NCBI GenBank assembly: GCA_965112735.1
Contig: OZ218964.1
Coordinates: forward strand, 2,542,001 to 2,606,000
Direction: 5' to 3'
Length of the DNA stretch: 64,000 nucleotides
Source: Phaeosaccion multiseriatum
Lineage: Eukaryota; Protista; Ochrophyta, other classes
Both the position numbers and the translations under genes were made by a program. The notes beneath the pieces are model-generated. The model saw nothing but the letters and a program-made list of their open reading frames with translations. It searched no databases and was not told the DNA's origin. Shown one piece after another: positions 54,045-64,000 of the stretch; within the stretch, counting starts at the first letter, position 1; the number at the start of each line of letters is the position of its first letter.

Positions 54045-57000
54045 GTGGTGGTGGTGGTGGTGGTGCGGTATGGACAACGGCTGCGGCTGGTGCTGCTGGT
54101 GCAGCGAGGAATGCAGGCTAAGGTGGTGATGAGATGGAGACGAGCGCATTCGAGACGAGCCTGAGGAGGAGAGGAAGCCCCCCGACTGTGTCCGGCGATG
54201 CAGATGACCGTCCATGGAGCCCACCCTCATCGACCTCCAAGCCTCCCTCTGTTCCCTCTGTTCCCTGCCGGACCGGGCCGTCCCCTCCTCTGAAAGGGTA
54301 GGAGAGCCGTCTCCGTCCACGAGCCCGTCGAACGATGCCGCGGCAGCAGCGCTTGTTAGATGCGTAGCGGTGGGAGAAGTGAGCGACGCAGGCGAAGCGG
54401 CGGACAAGTGGGGCGTGTGTGCGGTCCCATGAGGCACCGGTAGCGCCGCACTCACATCCACCCACAGCCCCCCCCGCCCATATGCCTGCCCCTGCCCCTG
54501 TCCACCTCTGGGGGACTGTCTTCCCCTCCGAGGCCGAAGACCATCCTCCTCCCCCGAGTCACCACCCCCTGCCACTGCCAGCTCTCCCCTCGCCGCCCCA
54601 CCCACTGCGCCTGAGAGTGACTTTCTCCTCTCCCTCTCCATGTGCACCGTGTCAGGACCTTCACCTCTTCCAACGCTGCCGACGCTGTTCTCCGGCCGCG
54701 GCCTTCTGCGTGGGCTGCGTGGCGGAGCTCCCCCCCTCGAAGTGGGACTCCGAGGCGGCGTGCCTGCCCCCCCCCAAGCCCTCGCCTCAGAGGTCCCTCC
54801 CCTTGCCTTACTGGCTGTATCACCAACTGCCTCCCCTCCCTCCAGCCGAGGGGCTCTGCGCGTGACGCTGCGGAGCCCTGCCGAGCCGCCGCCGGATCTT
54901 GCCCTGCCACTCCCCCCCGGGGTAGAGCCTCGCTTGCCGACTCCCCCCGGGGGACCACCCTCCCTCCCACTGCCACAGTCGCTCGCACTCTCGCTGTCGC
55001 TGTCGCTGCCCCGCTGCCTACCGGCTTTGCTCGCCCCTCCCCTCTCTCCCCTCTCTGCCTTGGCTCCTCCTCCTCCTCCTCCTCCTCCTCCTCCTCCTCC
55101 GGCAGCTATTGATGATTTAGCACCGACTGACTTAGCAGCAGTAACATCCGCCGCCGTCGCCTCTGCACTCGCCTCTGGTCCTGCTCCGACCACCCGTACT
55201 GGCGCGCTCCTGCGACGGAGCTGCTCCTCCTCCTCCTGCTGCTCCTCCTGCTGCTGCTGCTCCTCCTCCTCCTCCTCCCCCTGCTGCTGCTCGTGGTCCT
55301 CCCCATCCACTGCCATCTCATCCTCCGAGCAGCTCTCCTCCCCGCCTGCCCAACCCCCCCTACCCTTCCTCCGAGTGCCCAGGGGGGCTTGCCCGTCCTG
55401 ACGCCTCGTACTGGTACTACTCGACCTACGCAGGCTCCTCCTGCCGCTCGTCCTGGTCCTGCCCCTTGCCTTGGGTGTGGCCTCTCTCTGCCCTGCTCGT
55501 ACCCCCCCTCTGCTGCCATCCACCATTGCTCCATCAAGCCCCAGCCCGTCTCCCCCACCTAAAGAGGAGAGAAGCCTCTCCCCGCACGTGAAGCTCGATC
55601 GTCGGATACGCATGGCTGCTATCCCGGGAGGGAGAGAGTCTAGAGCAAGGCTGGCCTTCTTGCGATGTCCTCTTCTTCCCCTGCCCCTCTCCCTCTCCCT
55701 CTCCCTGTCTCTGTCTCTGTCTCCTCCGTCTCCCCCCCCCGCTGTGTCCCTCTCCCTTTCCCCCTCTCCCTCTCTCCCCCTGTCTCTCCCCCTGTCTCTG
55801 TCTCTGCGTCTTCCAGGCCGCTCATCACCGAACATAGCGTCGTCGTCCATCTCTGCTGTCGCGTCGCCGTCCGCCGCCAACGCCCCGCCCTGCGTCATGT
55901 TGGGTATCCCCCCCCGCCCACTTTCCTCTCCCCCGTGTTGAATCGCCCCACTGCTGCTCCGTCGGGCCTTGCCTTTTCTCCCCATCGACCCCCCCGAGCC
56001 GCCATCGGACAGTCTGCGTGGGCGCGTGTGGCAGTCTCGCACGAAGGGGTGGTCGAGGAGCTGCAGGGCGGTGGGACGCAGGACGGGCTTGCGGATAAAG
56101 CACGACACGAGGAAGGCCTGAAGCGTATGGGCAGAGCAGAGGCGTATGGGTAGGGATTGGATTGGTGGAGTGGAGGCGTATGGGCAGGGATTGGATTGGT
56201 GGAGTGGAGTGGAGGCGTATGGGCAGGGATTGGATTGGTGGAGTGGAGATGCGTCCGTCAGGATGATGAACAGGACTTTCAGCCCAAACCTCATGGCGTG
56301 GCGATCTCCTGTTGTGCTCACTCGTCACACCTCACTCCTCGCCCCCTGTCCTGACACTCTCACTCACCCCCCCGTCCTGACACTCTCACTCACCCCCCTG
56401 TCCTGAGAGACACGCCCCACCAACCCTTCTGTCCTGACACCTGACACCTGGCACCTGACACTCTCACTCACCCCCCTGTCCTGACACTCTCACTCACCCC
56501 CCCGTCCTGACACTCTCACTCACCCCCCTGTCCTGAGAGACACGCCCCACCAACCCTTCTGTCCTGACACCTGACACCTGGCACCTGACACCGAGTACTA
56601 CCGACTCGACCCTCGCCCTACCTTGAGGGCCGCTGAGAGGCCGCTGGGCATCGGCGGAGGCCCTTGGTGCTTGCGCAGATAAGCGAGCATGGCCACTGGT
56701 GTGTTGATCTGCAGGGACGCCCAGGGGGGCTTGCCCGTCACCATCTCCAGGACGGCACCCCCCAGGGACCAAATGTCTACTTGAGGGCCGTACGTCTGGG
56801 CATTAATTAGGTGGGGTGGGTGGGCGGGGGGGGGGAGGGGGTGAGGAAATACAGAGCACGCTTCCTTTGTTTGTCTCTTTCTCCCTCCCTCCCTCCCTCC
56901 ATTTCCTTCCCTCTCCCCCTCTCCTACCTCCCCCTTCTCTCCCGCTCTCTCACACACCTCAGCCAGCAGCACCTCCGGAGCCATAAAGAAGGGCGTGCCC

Positions 57001-60000
57001 ACCGTGGTGTTTTCCCCCATGCCCAGCGGGAGGGAGCTGTCGAAGCCCTTGGAGGCGCCAAAGTCGCACAGCTTGGCCACTCCCTGGCTGTCGATCAGGA
57101 TGTTGCTTCCCTGTAGTTTGCAGTTTGCAGTTTGCAGTTTGTAGTTTGCAGTTTGTAGTATGCCGTGAGGTACGGAGGGAGGGTGCCCCAGCGAAGCAGG
57201 AAGGGCGTCAGGACGTCTTGGTGTTGTGTTGCATAGGGGACGCATATGTACTGCGATTGTCGGGACACAGACACACTCGCACCCGTTGACTTACTACCCA
57301 CCCACCCACCTTGATGTCCCTGTGCACAACGTTCTGCTTGTGGAGATAGGCGAGGCCCTCGAGGATGTTTTTGGTGTAGCACGCACAGCGGTCTTCGCGC
57401 AGTGGTCCGAAGTTGTCCAGGAGTGACGTCACGCTGCCAGGAAGGTACTCCTTCGGGGGTGGAGTTGGAGGCGTATGGAGGAATGCAGTGGGCTTCGGTG
57501 AGGTGACACGAAGTGAAGTGAAGTGAAGTGAAGTAGAAGACACTCAGATCCTAGATAGAGATGAAGTGAGCCAAAGCCAACGCGCGCAAACTCAAAGTCA
57601 AGTGCAGCGAGCAGTCCTTCCTGTCCTTCCCCTCTCCCCTCCCTCTGCTGTACCTGAAAGATGCTGATGGTGTGTTCCTCCTCGTTGAGCTCCGCCCCCA
57701 AGTAGCGCACGATGTTGGGATGGTGCAGGCGCCGCATCAGCTCGATCTCGCGGTACAGATCCTCCGCCTAAGAGGAGGTTTGCAGGGGATATGGTGGTCA
57801 ACAAATGGAGGGGCGGGGCATCACAGTCGAATCCCCGGGGGGCATCCCACTCCATCCCATATGCCTCTACGCATCTCCTCCCATCCCGTTCGATGCATGT
57901 CGAGTTGAGAGAAGCACCACCACCCCCCACCCCCCCCCCCTCCCCATACACCTCGAATGCCACCCTACCCCTTCCTGTATGCCTCCACCCACCTTGGCCT
58001 CTGTGAGCTCCTTCCCCCTGCGCCTGCCCCCCCCCACGCTGCCCGTGAGCTCTAGCTGCTTCACCGCAATGAGGGCCCCGGTGTCCATGTTGAGCCCGCA
58101 GCAGACGCTTCCGAAGCTTCCCTGCCCAATCTGCATGCCGAGCTTCCAGTGTCCCACACGTACATAGTCAGCCCTGCTTCCTTCACGTACATAGTCAGCC
58201 CTGCTTCCTTCTCCTCCTCCTCCTCCTACTGCTGCTGCTGCTGCTGCTGCTGCTCCTCCCTCTCCTCCTCCGCCTCCACCTCCTTCTTTTCCCGCTCCCC
58301 CTCCTGCTGCCAGCAGGGCCTTTTCCTGCCTCAGCAAGACACAGAGATCATGTAAGGCAAACAACCACACGGTCAACCACACGGTCAACCACACGGTCAA
58401 CCACACGGTCAACCACACGGTCAAGTTAGCAAACAAGCACGAGACACAAGTGGGCAAAAAGAAAGAAAGCCAAGGCGCGAAGAGAAGCCTGTATGGTCAA
58501 AGACGTTTGGATGGGCAGACCACGAGAAGAGGCATGAGGAGGTCCAGATATGCCCATATGCCCATAACATGCGCCTGGAGACGCCCAAAGCTCACCTTTG
58601 TGTCCACCAGCCGCGCCCCCGCCCCCTCCCCCTGCCCCTGCCCATATGACTGCCCATCTGACCCCACAGCACCGTCGACGCCGGCCCTTCCTGCGGCTGT
58701 ATCACCAACTGCTGCAGCTGCTGCGGACTGCTCCGCCTCCTCCTCGCCGGTGGTGTGTCTCGCAGGGAAGCCCTCCCCTTGTCCATAGGACTGACTATGT
58801 TGCCCAGCATTGCTCCCCCCCTCGCTGAGCTCCATCGGCGGAGGCGTACAGGTAGGGAGGTGGGGAGGGAGGGAAGGGGCAGGAGGGGCAGGAGGGGAAG
58901 GACGCGGAGGTTCGTCTGTCGAGATGGCGGCCATCCACGCCCGGCGCTGCTTCGTGTGAGGAGAGTCCTCCTGCTGCTCGGTCGGAGAGGTGGGACAGAG
59001 GGCAAGAGGGGGAGGAGGGATGGGATGGCAGTGGATGGGGATCCATCCCGAGGGGGGCATGATCGAGTGAGGCCGTGGGAAGGAAGGAAGGAAGGAAGGA
59101 CGGAAGGGGGAGGAGGGAAGAAAAGATGGCAAACTCAAACTACTGCTCCGTCCCTCTCTCCTGACCTGCAGGCTGCTGAGACTGCTATCCGATGTCCTGT
59201 CCCTGTCCGAGGGATGCTCAACCGCAAGCGCCTCCATGTCCGGGGAGGAGGCAGGGGTGGCCTCCCCTGACAAGGGCTCCCTCTTCTCCTGAGGCAGGTT
59301 GGGCACGGAAGTTGGGGGAGGGTGGGGGCGTGAGGTGTGTGTGCGTGCGTGGTCAGGACACTTCACTCAAGCCGCTCCGGGGGGGGGCATGCATCTCTTT
59401 CCTTCCCTCCCCCCCCCCCCTCCACGAGAACAGCTGCTGTATCACCAACTGCTGCGGCAGGGGCGAGAACAAGGCGTACACGACACATGGCCTCTACTCA
59501 GCGGCATAGCCCCTCACAGCCCCTCATACCCCCATTGTGTTCGATGCCGAACGCCTTCTCTTCTTCGCGGGGGCTCACCTGCAGCGTATCCATGGGGTAG
59601 AACGACGCATTCGACAGGCCCCTTCCGAGCCCCCCCCCCCCTGGCGTATGCAGATCACCAACTGCCCCATCACCCACTCGCACCGCCAACGGAGTAGACG
59701 TGGAGTCGAGCGTCGAGGTCAAGGGAGAAGGTACCGAAACGGCCGAGGGGGGGGTAGAGGGCCCCCCTCTAGTGTTGCTGCTCCCTCTCTGACTACTCTG
59801 CTGTCTCGGCGGGGTGGTAACGACAGTCATGTCTTCCTCGTTGGCCATCGAAGGGGAAGGACTCGGAGTGAAGAGCTCCGACCCAGGGGTGGAGACGGCA
59901 GGAGTGGATACAGCAGGGGTGACGGGGGTGACGGGGGTGACAGGGGTCACGGGGAAGCCCGACATGCCGCCTTCTCGGCTGCCGAAAGCGAAGCGAGTGC

Positions 60001-61479
60001 TCCCCGGTCGGCTGCGAGGGGAGAGAGGTGGGTAATGGTAATGGTAACGGATTAAGGTAACGGCCACGGAGGGCTTGTTCAAAGGGGTGCGAGATGCAGG
60101 GAGAGGAAGGAAGGAAGGAAGGAAGGAAGGAAGCAACGCCGTCGATGGTCAATGGTGAAGGGGGTGGCGAGAAAGTCACTGGAGAGAGGAGAGGGCCGCA
60201 CACACACACACACCACCCCCTCCCCTCCCCTCCACACCCACGCACGCACCCACGCACACACACCCACGCACACACACGCCGCACGCACCTGTACGGAGTG
60301 GCGTACGGCGTCATGGCCGGGGTCACGCCCCCCGGGGTTTCGCCCCCAGGGGGCACTGCGAGAGAGCCCTTCGCGTGCCCCTTGGAGTCGACGTCGCTCT
60401 TCCCCGGGGGGCTGCCGCCTGGAGTGCTCCCCCCTGGGGTGCCGCTGCGGCTCCTGCGGGGCCATAGACCTCTGCTGCCTGCGGCTTTCCCCCTGGCCAG
60501 GACCATGGCCTTGTCCTCCGCGAGCCGCTCTCCTTCGTCTGCTCCCTCCCCTGCCCCTCCTCCCCGTGCGAAAGCCACCGATGATGATGCTGATGATGGT
60601 GCTGCTGCGATCGATGTCGATGATGTGCGCCGGTCCATCCCCTCCTCGGGCCCCTTCTGCTCTTGCTGCTGCCCGCCTCCACCAAAGTCCCCACAGAGCT
60701 CGAGCCGCAAGTGTCCCTGCCTCTTACGCCTCTCTGCCTCTCTGTCGCCGCTCTGAGCCTTGCCCCTCCCGTCCTTCCCCTTCTCCTTCTCCTTCTCCTC
60801 CTCCTCTTGCTCTCCTGGCTGATGCACGGGCCGACTAGAACGAGGCTCTTGGTGCTGTATCACCAACTGCTTCATCAGAGAAGTCGCCGTGGGAGGCGAC
60901 GTCGTTGGCGTTGGGGCCGGAGTGGCAGAGGCCGAGAAGGCTGGCGAGTGAGAGCCGAAGGAGGAGAAGGAGGACATGAAGGAGCGCGGGGGCGATCGAG
61001 TGGTACGACTCAACCGGTCCCCCCGGAGCTCCAGCAATAGGCTCTCGTTCGGTGCGCTAGGCGGCGGCGGCCCTCCTTGATGCACCGTCTCCGCCTCTCC
61101 GAAGGCGCTGCTGTTGCTCTCGTTGCGGACGCTCCTGCTGCCACTACTGCTGCCGCTGCCGCCGCTGCCGCCGCTGTAGCTGTCAAGACTGGCGCTACCG
61201 CTCTCCACCACCTGCAACAGCGTCCCCACGGCCCCCATGAGCAGCCCCCGAGTGTAGTCGGACAGGGCGGGTCCTGCTGCCGTTCCTGCTTCTCCTGCTG
61301 CTGCTACCGCCGCTGCCTCTGCCGCCGCTACCCCACTCATCGCCTCGTCATCCCCCTCCCCTGCTCCATGTGCTCCCCCCCCTGCACCTGTCGCTGCGGG
61401 TGGCAACAGGCTGGCGAGGATGTGGTCCAACCTTCCCGCATGCTGCGCGAGAGAAGAGGGGTGGGAGTGTCGCCGCTGC

Positions 61480-61515
<36 letters not shown>

Positions 61516-61841
61516 CGAAGGATGGCTCCGGCAATGGCGGATACGATGGAGCGCATCGCGAGCACCGCTTCCTGCCCCCTCGGTAGAGGACCCGAGCCAT
61601 CCAATGGAGCAGCTCCGAGTAAGGGAGCACCAGACACTGATGCCGAGTCGTCCTCGTCCTCAGCAGAGGGAAGCTGCAGTAGAGAGGCCAAGCCCCTCGC
61701 GGCTCTCGCGTCGGCGGGGCTTAAGCAAGCGGCCATCGGTGATGGGGATGCCGAAGGAGGAGACCCTTCCCCTCCGCCCTCCTCGCCCTCGCCTTCCGGC
61801 AGCCCCTCTATCGCCCCAACCATCGCCCTGAATTGTTCCAT
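52611..61841 (-). CDS. STE11/MEKK (NPK1/ANP-like) MAP kinase kinase kinase with long disordered N- and C-terminal extensions
   Basis: Exons 61841-60289, 60011-59579, 59288-59166, 58973(tandem NAG choices)-58596, 58325-57993, 57767-57654, 57450-57310, 57110-56958, 56795-56622, 56117-52611. Kinase motifs WKLGMQIGQGSFGSV, IAVKQL, REIELMRRLHHPNIVRY, HRDIKGSNIL, LCDFGASK, GTPFFMAPEV, DIWSLG..VLEMVTGKPPW, RPTALQLLDHPF. Confidence 0.9.
56121..56590. repeat. Intronic minisatellites: GGAGGCGTATGGGCAGGGATTGGATTGGT x3 and a ~120-bp block duplicated with period 130
   Basis: 56140-56245; copies at 56342-56460 and 56472-56590. Confidence 0.85.
58361..58423. repeat. 12-bp minisatellite (AACCACACGGTC)x5
   Basis: Direct inspection. 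Confidence 0.9.
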
Positions 61842-62912
61842 GCTCCTCCTCCTCCTCCTCCTCCTCCTCCTCCTGCTGCTGCTGCTGCTGTGGCAGGTTT
61901 AGCCTGGACTGGCACAGCTATCCCCCAACCACTTGTCTTGCCTCCGCTCCCTCATCTATGTAGGAGCTTGCGCGGTGCTTGTTACCGTGCCCTTCCGTGG
62001 GCAGGAACAGGAGCGAGAGGGGGCGGGAAGGGGGGGAGGGACAAGGCGGTCGAACGTAAAGGACGAGGTGGGGGTCGTGAGATGTCAGAGCAGGCGAAGG
62101 ATGGGTAGTGGCGTTGCAAGGGAGTGGAGTAGCGGTACGGATTACCAAAAAATGCGTGAAGACCCAGGAGCCGAGGAGAACAGGAAAAAAAGAGGGAGAA
62201 GAACAGCAGCGAGCACCCCAGGGCACTGCCCCCACTGAAGCCCACAAAGAAATCGTTCTCCTCCCAGCCTCTGTCTCCTTACCTCAATATCCTCACAGCT
62301 AGCGCCTAGTCGGGGAGACCCGCTCCGCCCTTCCGGATGACGGTTGAGTATTTAGCAGCCCGCCTTCCTCGAGCTCTGGATTGTCCAGGTCACCCAGGCG
62401 CTTACTCTACTCCTTTCCTGCAATACAGGCATGCTCTTCTCATAGTCCCCGGCGCTTTGTTGCTACCATCGGACACGCGTATATATAATTCCATATGGGT
62501 GTTACAGATTTTGTTTTCGAGAACCTCGATTTAATTTTACCCCGACGTGTGACGAGAGCGACTTTTATTGACTTACGTAGTATCACTCCCCCCTTCACAA
62601 CTGTACAATGTACATGAAGCATACACATTATAAAAGCTGCACACACACACATTTCCTATTTACAACCCGCCTCCATCTCCATTTCCTATTTACAACCCGC
62701 CTCTGACGCTCCAATGTACAACCAACACGTGCTTTCAAGGACAAGGCGCCAACGAAAGAGAGAGAGAGAGAGAGACTTCCCAATGGCTTGCACTCCCCTC
62801 CTGTGCATCAATCAAGTCCCTCTCCCCATCCCTGCCTCTGCGCCCGACTCCCTCGCCGCCCGCCCTGCCTCTCCTCTCGGCCCCCCGCCCCCGCCTTGCC
62901 TCTCCCCTCCCC

Positions 62913-63143
<231 letters not shown>

Positions 63144-63170
63144 CGTCCCCTCCACGAGTAGAGAGCTCCA

Positions 63171-63511
63171 CTAGTAGAGAGCCGCTGCCCTGATGGCCTC
63201 ATACACCTTGAGCACATCGGGCAGATAGAAGCTCTCGTACACCAGGGGGAAGGGCGTGTCCAGACCGCACACGCGCTGCACTGGGGCCTCGAGGTGCTCG
63301 AAACAACGCTCCTGCATGTCCGCAGCGATCTACAGGGATGGCAGTGGACGGATGGATGGACGGATGGAGGGGTGGAGGGATGGAGGGATGGGCAAGCAGA
63401 GGAAGCATTTGGTGCGTTACAAGCAGTAAGGTGGTATTGTTTTGTATTGCACACGTGCGTGGTGTTCTCAAGTACCAAGCCCTGCCCGAGCACCTGTACC
63501 TGTACGCTGGC

Positions 63512-63588
<77 letters not shown>

Positions 63589-64000
63589 ACACACACACAC
63601 ACACACACCTCCTTCTCTCCCTCCAACCCCACCCCCCCCTCACCTCGGCCGCGAAGCCTCCCGTGCGCGGCGCCTCGTGCGACACCACGAGTCTGCCCGT
63701 CTTCTTCACCGACGCGGAAACCGTGTCGAAGTCCCAGGGCAAAAGGCACCTAAGGTCAATTAGCTCGCAGCTCAGCCCGTCCTTGGCCCTGGCAAGCTCG
63801 CATGCCTCCTGCAACACTAAGAGCTGGGCCCCGTAACCGACAACGGTTACATCCGAGCCTTGCTGCATAACGTCGGCCTTGCCCAGGGCGAGTTCAAAGT
63901 CCGCGTCCGGGACGGGCCCGACGCTGGTGCGGTACAACATCTTGGGTTCGAGGAAGACGACGGGGTCGGGCTCACGCACGCTCGCCAAGAGCAAACCTTT
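63171..64000 (-). CDS. BCKDHB: Branched-chain 2-oxoacid dehydrogenase E1 beta subunit, 5'-partial
   Basis: Exons >64000-63644 and 63329-63171. [61 protein letters not shown]...[21 protein letters not shown], stop TAG. Confidence 0.93.

Overview
GC-rich eukaryotic nuclear DNA, intron-dense, with introns packed with microsatellites and minisatellites. A photosynthetic stramenopile is the likely source, inferred only from the diatom-like delta-6 elongase and the intron style. Most entries in the ORF track are repeat artefacts. Tracing GT-AG junctions by hand gives eight spliced genes: (1) a large coiled-coil protein (-, runs off the left end); (2) an a-a'-D type protein disulfide isomerase (+); (3) a SMARCAL1-like SNF2 annealing helicase (-); (4) a delta-6-type PUFA elongase (+); (5) ICT1/ArfB peptidyl-tRNA hydrolase (-); (6) a 35-exon, ~2,720 aa protein with IQ, Sfi1-like W-repeat and jacalin-like domains (+); (7) a STE11/MEKK-type MAP3K (-); (8) the 3' part of BCKDHB (-). 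Three gene pairs are head-to-head. The most striking unexplained signal is a small set of dispersed DNA words: CAGTTGGTGATACAG, GGCRTATGGGCA and GATGGCAGTGGATGG. They occur dozens of times in unrelated genes, in exons (read in several frames and on both strands) and in introns. Intronic copies are oriented relative to splice sites, and two supply the acceptor AG itself. Also notable are repeated local duplications of splice junctions, and a SMARCAL1-like protein with three RanBP2 zinc fingers inside the helicase core and its RPA-binding motif at the C-terminus. All gene models are manual and unverified by transcript data.
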